A stretch of 64,000 nucleotides of DNA from an uncultured Eubacteriales bacterium (GTDB lineage: Bacteria > Bacillota > Clostridia > Oscillospirales > Acutalibacteraceae), in assembly GCA_934729465.1 (NCBI GenBank), contig CAKVEP010000007.1:9380-73379 (forward strand), written 5' to 3'. The notes below the pieces were generated by a model. It searched no databases, was not told the DNA's origin, and saw only the letters and a program-made list of their open reading frames with translations. The position numbers were made by a program, and so were the translations under genes. Positions 17,784-28,256 of this stretch are shown in pieces (the stretch's first letter is position 1; each line of letters begins with the position of its first letter).

Positions 17784-18035
17784 ATGTCTGAATTTAAATA
17801 CGATACGCAACTTTTGATTGAAGGAAAAAATTTAAGTGAAGAAAAAATAAATGATTATTTTGTAAATAAATTTCAAGGAGATTGTCTTTTGGTGGTCAGT
17901 GATGATGATTTGGTTAAGATTCATTTTCATACAAATGAGCCATGGAAAGTACTAGAATATTGTGCAAGTATTGGAGAAATTTATGATATTATAATTGAGG
18001 ACATGGACAGGCAAGAAAGAGGATTAAAAGGATAA
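17784..18035 (+). CDS. Small protein resembling the C-terminal segment of DAK2/FakA-family proteins (possible gene fragment)
   Basis: ...GDCLLVVSDDDLVKIHFHTNEPWKVLEYCASIGEIYDIIIEDMDRQE resembles the conserved C-terminal end of fatty-acid kinase FakA. It has its own GGAGG RBS. Confidence 0.3.
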   Translation: MSEFKYDTQLLIEGKNLSEEKINDYFVNKFQGDCLLVVSDDDLVKIHFHTNEPWKVLEYCASIGEIYDIIIEDMDRQERGLKG

Positions 18036-18126
18036 AAATTTTGTGTAAATAAATATTTTATAATTAAAGATAAATAAAAAATAGGTTTATCCACAATTTT
18101 ATGGGTAAACCTGTTTTATTTAAATA

Positions 18127-19524
18127 TTATTTCCAAAACATAGTATCGTATATTCCGTTAGCAGGAGCGTTAAAAATGGGGTCTTTGTTTTGAGATTTTT
18201 GTTTTGAATAATCATTCAAAGCAAGCGTGGAACGCTTGGTAAGAAGAAGAATTGCTATGATATTAACAATGGCCATGAGTCCCATACAAATATCAGCGAA
18301 ATTCCAAACTACTTCAGCGCTCGCCATTGCGCCTAAAATAACAGGGATTATGCACATTGCCCTAAATATATTTAAAACATAGTGATTATCTTTAATAAAC
18401 AACAAATTGGATTCAGCATAGCAATAGTTACCAATTATTGAGCTAAATGCGAAAGCAAATATTGAAAAAGTCATAAAGTGAATCCCTATAGTTCCTATTT
18501 GACCGTTAAGAGCCTCTTGAACTAAAGGTATGCCATCGGCGTGACCGTCTATAGCAACACCGGACAACATTATTATAAAAGCTGTTGTGGTGCATATTAA
18601 AAACGTGTCTATAAACACAGATAAAACTTGAACAATTCCCTGTTTGACCGGGTGAGAAACATCAGCGGTTGCGGCGGCGTTAGGAGCACTTCCCATGCCA
18701 GCTTCATTTGAGAACAAACCTCTTTTTATTCCGATAAGTACGGCACTTCCGGCGAATCCGCCGAAGATAGATTTGAAATCAAAAGCTTTGCTAAAGATGA
18801 CGGAGAACATTGAGGGGAGCTTGTCTATATTTCTCAAAGTAATAAAGACGCCCAAAGATAAATAAATAATAGCCATTATTGGTACAATTATTGAAGAAAT
18901 AAATCCAATTCTGTGAACTCCACCAAAAATGATGAATGCGGTGAAAATACCAAGTACTATCCCAACGACTAACGGCCAAATGGAATGTTCGTATCCGGGA
19001 ATATAATATTGGAACGAAGACGAAATATTATACGCTTGAAGGGCGTTGAATCCAATTGCGAAACAAGATATTAGTAACACCGAAAATAAAATACCTATGC
19101 TTCTTTTGCCAAGAGCCATTTGTATATAATATGACGGTCCACCTCTAAAAGAATTTTCATCTTTATCATTAACTTTGTATATTTGAGCCAGTGTGCTTTC
19201 AACGAAAGCCGAAGCAGATCCAAGAAAAGCCATTATCCACATCCAAAATATAGCTCCGGGACCTCCTGCAACTAAAGCGGTTGTGATGCCCGCTATGTTT
19301 CCGGTTCCAACCTTAGAAGCTGTTGAAATCATAAGTGCTTGGAAAGATGACACTCGATTTCCAGAAGACTTTTCAGTCATAAGTTTTATGGACTCGGGAA
19401 GGAATCGCAACTGAACAAATTTAGTACGGAAGGTAAAATAGAGTCCGCACAAAACCAAAAGTGCAATGAGTATGTTACTGTACAAAAAATTATTAATGTT
19501 TGACAACATTGTTTCTAACTGCAA
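18127..19524 (-). CDS. agcS: Alanine/glycine:cation symporter (AGCS family)
   Basis: 465 aa. Multi-TM protein with AGCS-family architecture. Confidence 0.8.
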   Translation of the reverse strand: MQLETMLSNINNFLYSNILIALLVLCGLYFTFRTKFVQLRFLPESIKLMTEKSSGNRVSSFQALMISTASKVGTGNIAGITTALVAGGPGAIFWMWIMAFLGSASAFVESTLAQIYKVNDKDENSFRGGPSYYIQMALGKRSIGILFSVLLISCFAIGFNALQAYNISSSFQYYIPGYEHSIWPLVVGIVLGIFTAFIIFGGVHRIGFISSIIVPIMAIIYLSLGVFITLRNIDKLPSMFSVIFSKAFDFKSIFGGFAGSAVLIGIKRGLFSNEAGMGSAPNAAATADVSHPVKQGIVQVLSVFIDTFLICTTTAFIIMLSGVAIDGHADGIPLVQEALNGQIGTIGIHFMTFSIFAFAFSSIIGNYCYAESNLLFIKDNHYVLNIFRAMCIIPVILGAMASAEVVWNFADICMGLMAIVNIIAILLLTKRSTLALNDYSKQKSQNKDPIFNAPANGIYDTMFWK

Positions 19525-19602
19525 AACAAAATCACTCCTTTACATATTAATTTGAATTATACCATAAAAATCCATATATTTTCAACACTTAGTGAAATTA
19601 TA

Positions 19603-20016
19603 TTAATATTTTATTTTTTTACGCTTGTTAACACCCAAAATTCCACCTACAGCACCCGTTAAAAGCATGAGTAAAAGACGAATAAGTGTTGTTAATGAAA
19701 GGGAATCTCTAACTGTGACAAGTCCGGCAATAAACAGTATTACAAACATAACGAATCCACAAACCATGCCGCACAACATACCATTTTGTTTTAAAATTCT
19801 TGCCCCGATATATCCGCCCGCAAACGCTCCACATCCTGCAATCATCATAACTAATGGACTAACGGCTAAATGTGGAATATTACTGCTTTTTGTTAAAACA
19901 AACGCGCTTAAAAATAATAGTGCTATGCATAATATTATACCTAAAAATGAACCAATAATTATAGATTTTACGAAATTCTCTGTATTATTTTTATTTCTGG
20001 TTGATTTTTTAGCCAC
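19603..20016 (-). CDS. Small membrane protein (TIGR04086/DUF3792-like)
   Basis: 137 aa with four predicted TM helices and a basic tail. Confidence 0.45.
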   Translation of the reverse strand: MAKKSTRNKNNTENFVKSIIIGSFLGIILCIALLFLSAFVLTKSSNIPHLAVSPLVMMIAGCGAFAGGYIGARILKQNGMLCGMVCGFVMFVILFIAGLVTVRDSLSLTTLIRLLLMLLTGAVGGILGVNKRKKIKY

Positions 20017-20114
20017 TGATTATTACATCTCCTTAAAAAAATTCCGCACAAATACTTGCAACAAAACAAATATATCGTGCGGTAAATAATATTCAAATAA
20101 GAAGAAAAATATTC

Positions 20115-20426
20115 TTATTGCTTATTTTCAACATTTTTATTGTCAACGCTGGAAACAGCCCATTTTTTTATACGAATTTTATTGCTTCCAGATTCTATAA
20201 TTAAAGAATCTGTGTCATCTTTAATGTTTATAATGCGACCAACGATTCCACCAATGGTAGTAATTTCATCGCCAAGTTGTAGACTCTTTTTTAGCTCTTC
20301 CTCTTGTTTTCTTCTTTTCTGTTGAGGGCGCACCATTATAAGATACATTCCTCCAAAAATGATTACGTAAACTAATATCATTGAAATTAGCTGACTATTA
20401 ATTCCCAGACCATCAAAAAAATTCAT
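20115..20426 (-). CDS. yajC: Preprotein translocase subunit YajC
   Basis: MNFFDG...YVIIFGGMYLIMVRPQQKRRKQ... is the YajC signature. GGAGG RBS 9 nt upstream of this internal ATG. Located downstream of tgt, as in many bacteria. Confidence 0.85.
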   Translation of the reverse strand: MNFFDGLGINSQLISMILVYVIIFGGMYLIMVRPQQKRRKQEEELKKSLQLGDEITTIGGIVGRIINIKDDTDSLIIESGSNKIRIKKWAVSSVDNKNVENKQ

Positions 20427-20520
20427 AAATAAAATCCTCCAAAAATTTAATAAATAAAGTATATCAATTAAATAAAGTTTTATCAACACATTTTTTATCT
20501 ATATTAGTGCCAACAAAGCA

Positions 20521-21705
<1,185 letters not shown>

Positions 21706-21749
21706 TTAAGTTGTTATAATAAACAAAAAACATTGAAAGGATGAGTAAA

Positions 21750-22112
21750 ATGGAATATAATACAACAAATTTTGGTTTTGATGAAAATACTAGTAACAGA
21801 GTAAATCCTGACTTTGATGAAGAAGATGACAACAGAGCAAATTTTGGATTTAGAAGAACCGATATTAGCAGAACAAATTTTAATAAAGATGAAAATAGAA
21901 GAGCAGGCTTTAAAGTTATGTTTAAAGGGGAGCAAAATAATAAAGCGTATTTAGATAAAAGTTTAAGCAGAGATTATAGTGGAAATTGGGGTCTTACAAG
22001 AAAGCAGCCTTACGTTGTAAGCGAGGTATTCGAAGACTACCAAGGAAATGTAATTTATGGCTTAGCAGGGATAAGAGGCTATTTCCATGCGGATTGTTTT
22101 GAGCGTGTTTGA
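21750..22112 (+). CDS. Hypothetical protein (120 aa), lone + strand gene between tgt and queA
   Basis: ORF with a GAAAGG RBS. Repeated NFGF motifs. No assignable family. Confidence 0.35.
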   Translation: MEYNTTNFGFDENTSNRVNPDFDEEDDNRANFGFRRTDISRTNFNKDENRRAGFKVMFKGEQNNKAYLDKSLSRDYSGNWGLTRKQPYVVSEVFEDYQGNVIYGLAGIRGYFHADCFERV

Positions 22113-22170
22113 CAATTAAAATGAATGAGCTTTACAGGATGATAAACTTAATAGTTTATTGTCCTGTGTT

Positions 22171-23244
22171 TTATATTATCATCATAGCGTCGCCAAAGCT
22201 AAAAAATCTGTACTTTTCATTAACAGCAGTTTTGTAAGCATTCATGGTGTTTTCGTAGCCTGCGAAAGCCGAAACTAGCATTATCAGAGTACTTTCGGGA
22301 AGGTGAAAATTAGTTATCAATCCGTCGATACATTTAAATTCGTATCCCGGATGAATGAATATGTCTGTCCACCCTTCGGACGACTTAATACAATTATTTT
22401 TTGAAGCGATTGTTTCGAGAGTTCTACAACTGGTTGTCCCAACAGCAATCACTTTTCCACCATTTTGTTTAGTATTGTTGATAATCTCAGCAGTTTCTTC
22501 CGACATAAAATAATGTTCGGAGTGCATTTTATGTTCGTTAATGTTTTCCGTTTGAACCGGACGAAATGTACCTAATCCAACATGGAGCGTAACGAAACCG
22601 ATGTTTACGCCCTTTTCTTTTAATTTGTCGAGGAGTTCGGGAGTAAAGTGAAGACCTGCAGTTGGAGCAGCGGCAGAGCCGAGGTCCTTTGCGTATACGG
22701 TTTGATATCTTGACTTATTTTTTAAGGACTCTTTTATGTAAGGCGGCAACGGCATTTGACCAATTTCATCTAAAATGTTGAAAAAATTACCTTCGTATTT
22801 AAATTCGATAATTCTGTTTCCGTCATCTTTAACGTCTGTAATTTTGCCGATAAGCTTGCCGTCTCCGAATGAGAACGAGGTGCCACATTTAGCTTTTTTC
22901 CCCGGTTTTACTAACGTTTCCCATGAATTGTTTGAAACCTGTTTTAGTAAGAGAAACTCAACGAGCTTTGAATTTTCGCAATTATTTTCTGAAGAAAGCT
23001 TATTACCGAAAATTCTTGCAGGCAAAACTTTTGAATTATTTAATATTAAGCAATCGCCCTTGTTTATAAAATTTATTATATCTTTAAAATGTTGGTGTTT
23101 TAAAGTGCCTGTGGTTTTGTCAAGAACAAGCAATTTTGAAGCATCTCGAGGCTCTATTGGCGACTGTGCAATGAGCTCAGGAGGAAGGTCGAAGTTAAAC
23201 TGACTTTTTTTAGTAAGACTTTGCTGTGAAAAAATTTCTTTCAA
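22171..23244 (-). CDS. queA: S-adenosylmethionine:tRNA ribosyltransferase-isomerase
   Basis: ...[26 protein letters not shown]... is the QueA N-terminal signature. TTG start 8 nt after a GGAGG RBS (the track start at 23268 lacks an RBS). Confidence 0.8.
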   Translation of the reverse strand: MKEIFSQQSLTKKSQFNFDLPPELIAQSPIEPRDASKLLVLDKTTGTLKHQHFKDIINFINKGDCLILNNSKVLPARIFGNKLSSENNCENSKLVEFLLLKQVSNNSWETLVKPGKKAKCGTSFSFGDGKLIGKITDVKDDGNRIIEFKYEGNFFNILDEIGQMPLPPYIKESLKNKSRYQTVYAKDLGSAAAPTAGLHFTPELLDKLKEKGVNIGFVTLHVGLGTFRPVQTENINEHKMHSEHYFMSEETAEIINNTKQNGGKVIAVGTTSCRTLETIASKNNCIKSSEGWTDIFIHPGYEFKCIDGLITNFHLPESTLIMLVSAFAGYENTMNAYKTAVNEKYRFFSFGDAMMII

Positions 23245-23269
23245 AGGGATACCTCCAATTGTACTCAAA

Positions 23270-23299
23270 TTGACAACTTATTGAATACAGTGATATTAT
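23270..23299 (+). promoter_or_regulatory. Promoter for asd-dapA-dapB (TTGACA, 18-nt spacer, TGnTATTAT extended -10)
   Basis: Hexamers seen directly in the queA/asd divergent intergenic region. Confidence 0.45.
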
Positions 23300-23380
23300 T
23301 AAGCATAGTAAAAATTATATTGTATTTATCAAAAAATTACAACAGCTTAAAATAATATAAAAGGAAGGTATGATGATAAT

Positions 23381-24460
23381 ATGAGCAAGACATACAAAGT
23401 TGGAATAATAGGAGCAACTGGAATGGTTGGTCAAAGGTTTATAACGCTTCTTGAGAACCACCCGTGGTACGAAATTGAAGTTTTGGCAGCAAGCAAAAGG
23501 TCGGCAGGAAAAACTTATAAAGAAGCGGTTGGAAAAAGGTGGGTAATGGATAGAGAAATTCCAAAAGATGTTGAAAACAAGGTTATGTTTGACGCTGTTG
23601 AAGACATTAATGAAATTGTTAGCAAGGTAGATTTTGTTTTCTGTGCTGTAGACATGAAGAAAGAAGACATAATAAAACTTGAGGAGATGTATGCTAAAAA
23701 GGAATGTCCGGTAGTTTCAAACAACAGTGCCCACAGATTTACTCCTGATGTACCGATGGTAATTCCCGAGGTAAACCCAGAGCATATAGAAATAATAAAT
23801 CAGCAGAGAAAACGTTTGGGTGTTAAAAAAGGATTTATAGCTGTGAAATCTAATTGTTCGCTTCAATGCTATGTTCCGGCACTCCACCCGTTAAAAGACT
23901 TAGGAATTAAAAATGTTTTGGTGTGTACGTATCAAGCAGTGTCCGGAGCGGGAAGAACTCTCCAAAATTGGGAAGAAATGAACGATAACATAATTCCATA
24001 CATAGGCGGTGAAGAAGAAAAATCTGAGAAAGAACCGCTAAAAATTTGGGGTCATATTAATAAAGATAAAATTGAGCTGTCTCAGACTCCGAATATTACG
24101 GCTCAATGTATAAGGGTTCCCATCAGCGACGGACACACAGCAGCAGTGTTTGTAGATTTTGAGAGAAAAGCGTCTGTTGCCGAAATTATTGACAGATGGA
24201 AAAATTATGTGGTAAACTCGGAGTTAAGAGAATTACCAAGTTCTCCTAAGCAGTTTATCCACTATTTTGAAGAGCAAGACCGTCCTCAAATAAAACTTGA
24301 AAGAAACTTGGAAAATGGTATGGCTATATCAGTTGGCAGACTACGGGAAGATACTCAGTATGATATGAAATTCGTGTGTATGTCGCATAATACCATAAGA
24401 GGTGCTGCCGGAGGAGCTATACTTCTTGCGGAATTGCTTTGTCAGAAGGGATATATTTAA
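23381..24460 (+). CDS. asd: Aspartate-semialdehyde dehydrogenase
   Basis: N-terminal NAD-binding VGIIGATGMVGQ motif and a catalytic cysteine region. 359 aa. Confidence 0.85.
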   Translation: MSKTYKVGIIGATGMVGQRFITLLENHPWYEIEVLAASKRSAGKTYKEAVGKRWVMDREIPKDVENKVMFDAVEDINEIVSKVDFVFCAVDMKKEDIIKLEEMYAKKECPVVSNNSAHRFTPDVPMVIPEVNPEHIEIINQQRKRLGVKKGFIAVKSNCSLQCYVPALHPLKDLGIKNVLVCTYQAVSGAGRTLQNWEEMNDNIIPYIGGEEEKSEKEPLKIWGHINKDKIELSQTPNITAQCIRVPISDGHTAAVFVDFERKASVAEIIDRWKNYVVNSELRELPSSPKQFIHYFEEQDRPQIKLERNLENGMAISVGRLREDTQYDMKFVCMSHNTIRGAAGGAILLAELLCQKGYI

Positions 24461-24502
24461 TGGGAAATGTCTATGAAAAATTTATAATATCGAGAAAGAG
24501 AG

Positions 24503-25408
24503 ATGTTCATTTTGAAAAAAACAATTTTTAAAGGTTCAGGGGTAGCTATTATAACGCCTATGAATGAGGATGGCTCTATAAATTTTGAAGAGATGGGAAA
24601 ATTAATTGATTTTCATTTGAGCAATAACACAGACGCTATAATCGTATGCGGAACAACAGGAGAGTCTGCAACACTCACAAGCGAGGAACACAGTAATCTT
24701 ATTAAATTTACGGTGGAGAGAGTAAACAAGAGAATTCCGGTAATAGCAGGAACGGGAAGCAACAACACAAACCATGCCATAGAATTGTCAAAGCAAGCCG
24801 AAAAATTGGGTGCAGACGCTCTTCTCGTGGTGACACCTTATTATAATAAAACCTCTCAAACGGGTCTTGTTAAGCACTATTTTGCTATCGCAGATGAGGT
24901 TAACATACCAATTATATTATATAATGTTCCGTCAAGGACGGGGTGTAATATAAAGGCAGAAACTTACGTTGAGCTCGCAAAACACAAAAATATAGTTGCG
25001 GTTAAAGAGGCAAGTGGCAACATATCAGCAGTAGCAGAAATAGCGGCGAAGTGCGGGGATAGTTTAGACATATATTCCGGAAACGATGACCAGATTGTTC
25101 CAATATTATCCTTAGGCGGCGTTGGAGTTATATCTGTTTTGGCAAATGTGTTCCCGAAGGAGACTCATGAAATAGTAGACGAATTTTTAAACAGAGATAA
25201 AAACAAAAGCAAGGAATTACAGTTATATTACCTCGAGCTTATAAATGCACTATTTTCGGATGTAAACCCGATACCTGTTAAAGCAGCAATGAATATTAAA
25301 GGGTTTGAATGTGGGAGATGTAGATTACCTCTTGATGATATGAGTAAAGACGGTTTTGAAAATCTTAAGAAGGTTATGGAAAAATACGGAATTAAAAATA
25401 CAAAATAA
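24503..25408 (+). CDS. dapA: 4-hydroxy-tetrahydrodipicolinate synthase
   Basis: The GSGVAIITPM...GTTGES... DapA/NAL-family motifs are present. 301 aa. Confidence 0.85.
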   Translation: MFILKKTIFKGSGVAIITPMNEDGSINFEEMGKLIDFHLSNNTDAIIVCGTTGESATLTSEEHSNLIKFTVERVNKRIPVIAGTGSNNTNHAIELSKQAEKLGADALLVVTPYYNKTSQTGLVKHYFAIADEVNIPIILYNVPSRTGCNIKAETYVELAKHKNIVAVKEASGNISAVAEIAAKCGDSLDIYSGNDDQIVPILSLGGVGVISVLANVFPKETHEIVDEFLNRDKNKSKELQLYYLELINALFSDVNPIPVKAAMNIKGFECGRCRLPLDDMSKDGFENLKKVMEKYGIKNTK

Positions 25409-25459
25409 AAGGTGGGAAATAGCGACATAAAGATAAATAAAAAATGTCGCAAGGAAGTA

Positions 25460-26212
25460 ATGACGAAAGTATTAATATGTGGAAGCAACGGAAAAATGGG
25501 TAGAGTAGTTGCAGAAGTGGTTGGTCGTACGGATGGCTGTGAAGTAGTAGCAGGAGTAGATGTGAGTGAAAACACAGATTCAAAGTTTCCTGTTTATAGG
25601 TCGATGGAGAAAATAGACGTGGATGTGGACGTTATTATAGATTTTTCCCACCCGTCAGCATTGACGCCTATATTGGATTATGCAAGAAAACATTTAATTC
25701 CAGTTGTGTTGTGCACCACGGGCTACGACAAAAATCAAGTGGAAGAAATTAAACAAGCTTCTGAAGTAATACCCATTTTTTCATCTAGGAATATGTCTTT
25801 GGGGATAAATCTATTGATAGAGCTTTCTAAAAAAGCGTGTGAAGTACTGGGGAGCGATTTTGATATAGAGATAGTAGAAAAGCACCACAATCAAAAAATA
25901 GATGCACCAAGCGGGACGGCTTTAATGATAGCGGATGCCTTAGCGGAAACAAGAGATGTTGCAACGCAGTATGTGTATGACAGGCATTCTTACAGAAAAC
26001 CAAGGGAGAAGTCGGAAATAGGAATACACACCATACGTGGAGGAAATATAGTTGGCGACCACGAGGTTATATTTGCCGGAACGGGAGAAGTAATAACAGT
26101 GTCGCACCATGCGCAGTCTAAAGACGTTTTTGCAGTTGGAGCGGTTAAGGCAGCTGAGTTTTTAATAAATAAAAAGCCAAAAATATATGACATGAGTGAT
26201 TTAATTAAATAA
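25460..26212 (+). CDS. dapB: 4-hydroxy-tetrahydrodipicolinate reductase
   Basis: MTKVLICGSNGKMGR N-terminus and the ...EIVEKHHNQKIDAPSGTA... motif match DapB. The internal ATG at 25460 is preferred over the track start. Confidence 0.85.
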   Translation: MTKVLICGSNGKMGRVVAEVVGRTDGCEVVAGVDVSENTDSKFPVYRSMEKIDVDVDVIIDFSHPSALTPILDYARKHLIPVVLCTTGYDKNQVEEIKQASEVIPIFSSRNMSLGINLLIELSKKACEVLGSDFDIEIVEKHHNQKIDAPSGTALMIADALAETRDVATQYVYDRHSYRKPREKSEIGIHTIRGGNIVGDHEVIFAGTGEVITVSHHAQSKDVFAVGAVKAAEFLINKKPKIYDMSDLIK

Positions 26213-26218
26213 GATTGT

Positions 26219-26253
26219 GCCTGTATGGATAATCCATATGGGCATTTTATTTT
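26219..26253 (+). terminator. Rho-independent terminator after dapB
   Basis: 11-bp stem gcctgtatgga/tccatatgggc (two G-U pairs), 3-nt loop, then attttatttt. Confidence 0.5.
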
Positions 26254-26378
26254 GAAATAAAAATAAATTTGAAATTCTATGATTAAAATTCATAAAATTA
26301 GCTCAAAATAATTTTGTTAAGAAAAATCAAAAGTTGGTATTTAAATTGCGTAAGCAAAATATACTGGAGAGTGAAATT

Positions 26379-26753
26379 ATGAATATCAAAAGAGGAGATA
26401 TATATTATGCAGACTTAAGCCCTGTTGTAGGCTCTGAGCAGGGAGGAATAAGACCTGTACTTATAGTTCAAAATGACGTTGGAAATAAATTTAGTCCAAC
26501 AGTGATAGCGGCGGCAATAACAAGCCAGCACTCAAAGGCGAGTCTTCCAACTCACATACAAATCAATGCTAAAGAGAGCGGTCTATCAAAAGATTCTGTG
26601 GTGTTGCTTGAGCAGATAAGAACGATAGATAAAAGAAGACTAAAAGAAAAAACCGGTGAAGTAAACAATGTGGAAATGAAGCAGGTAAATTATGCGTTGT
26701 CGGTGAGTTTCGGATTGGGACAACGAGAAGATTTGGCTGTTAGAGCTACATAA
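26379..26753 (+). CDS. ndoA: EndoA/MazF-family mRNA interferase toxin
   Basis: Near-collinear match to B. subtilis EndoA ([31 protein letters not shown]...). No antitoxin ORF lies in the 166-nt gap upstream. Confidence 0.8.
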   Translation: MNIKRGDIYYADLSPVVGSEQGGIRPVLIVQNDVGNKFSPTVIAAAITSQHSKASLPTHIQINAKESGLSKDSVVLLEQIRTIDKRRLKEKTGEVNNVEMKQVNYALSVSFGLGQREDLAVRAT

Positions 26754-26782
26754 AAAATTTAATAGCCGCTAGAAATGCTTGA

Positions 26783-26815
26783 TAAGACACTTTTTAAAAA
26801 GTGTCTTATTTTAAA
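26783..26815 (+). terminator. Rho-independent terminator after ndoA (perfect palindrome taagacacttttt/aaaaagtgtctta then T-run)
   Basis: Seen directly. Strong hairpin followed by ttttaaat. Confidence 0.6.
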
Positions 26816-27125
26816 TGCGAGAAATAAAATAAAATTAACAAGTTTATGTAAATACACTCAAAAATTACAAAAAACAACCAATAATGCCAATAAAAAACGA
26901 AAAATCTATTATTTTTTAATACAGAATTAATGGTCAAAGTCGAAAAATAGTGATATAATTCTTTCATAAGGTAAAGTTCACAAAATTAATCAATATAATT
27001 GAATGTTATAAGTGAATAATCCTTTTGGTTTAATTCCTACAAATTAAAACTTCTATAAGGGAATTAAAATTTATTAAATAAGTAAATGAGGTGGTCGAAC
27101 ATATAAATAAAGTAAATTTTTATTA

Positions 27126-28112
27126 ATGAGGATGGGGGCGAAAAAATTGTTTAAAGATAAAAAAGCTAAATCTCAAAACAAAACTAAGCGTCCGTTTATA
27201 AAGAATGTAAAAAGGAACCTCGGCTCAGACATTTACATAGAAAATCCTCAAGATGAAGAAACTCGAAGATGGGCAGTTGACACCGACGATTATCACGATA
27301 AAGAAACAATGGCTCTTGAAAATAAAAAACGCTTTTTTCAAAAGGACGTGAAAATGGAAGAGGTTCTACCCAACAATGAGAAAAAAGATGAGATTATACC
27401 AAAGAAATTTGGCTACTTTGAAACCAAAGAAGGTACGGTTTTAGTTGGATACGATAAATACAACAAAAGAAAAGCGCCCATGGGCTTTACGTTGCTTAGC
27501 GATGATAGTACAGAAGAAAATAAAATTCCTGAAAACGAGCCGTATGATATGAACACATACTTCGGCAAAAATTATCAAGGCAATGAGAAGTATTTTGAAA
27601 CGAATTCATCAAGTTTCGTTTATGACCCTAAAAATGAAATCATACAAAAACTTATGGATGACGATAACAACAGTGAAAATGATGATGAAGAATTATTGTA
27701 TCAAACATCTAAAGAGGAGCTAAACGAGGATGAATTGAAAGATGAAAAAGACGATTTACCAAAAAATCAAAGAAAAGTTATAGATAAAAAGATTAATCTA
27801 ACAAAGCAGATAATAAAAGAAAAAGAAGATAAAAATAAAAGTTTTTTACACGAGATTGAGGAATTTATAAAGCATTTCGAAAACGATAAATTAAACACAA
27901 TTATAGATTCCGAAGACGCAGTCACAAGAAGAAAAAGGATTACGGAAATGTCAGTATGGATAATAGAGTATGAGAGAATTAAGAACATACTGAAGAAAAT
28001 GGACGTAAAGAATTTAAACGAGCAAGAAATATATAGTTTAATAAAAGATAAAGTTAACAGAATTTCAAAAGCAGATATAAAAAGAATTATTGATGAGCTT
28101 AAAAATCAGTAA
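27126..28112 (+). CDS. Hypothetical acidic, Lys/Glu/Asp-rich protein (328 aa) immediately upstream of the tail cluster
   Basis: Long ORF with biased composition. No recognisable domain. Start uncertain. Confidence 0.35.
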   Translation: MRMGAKKLFKDKKAKSQNKTKRPFIKNVKRNLGSDIYIENPQDEETRRWAVDTDDYHDKETMALENKKRFFQKDVKMEEVLPNNEKKDEIIPKKFGYFETKEGTVLVGYDKYNKRKAPMGFTLLSDDSTEENKIPENEPYDMNTYFGKNYQGNEKYFETNSSSFVYDPKNEIIQKLMDDDNNSENDDEELLYQTSKEELNEDELKDEKDDLPKNQRKVIDKKINLTKQIIKEKEDKNKSFLHEIEEFIKHFENDKLNTIIDSEDAVTRRKRITEMSVWIIEYERIKNILKKMDVKNLNEQEIYSLIKDKVNRISKADIKRIIDELKNQ

Positions 28113-28256
28113 AAAAACACATCTAAATACGGTTAGCAATAAATTGGGGCTCATTTCCCTTTTTTATATGTTACATAAATTTTATACATCTAAGCTAATT
28201 TTTTAAGCGAAAGGAGAGAAAGGTTCTTACTTAAAAAGTAGAGAACCGAAAGAATT

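Noticed and set aside
23300-23380. Lysine (L-box) riboswitch upstream of asd/dapA
   Set aside because: The leader is only ~80 nt, far shorter than an L-box, and lacks the conserved helices.
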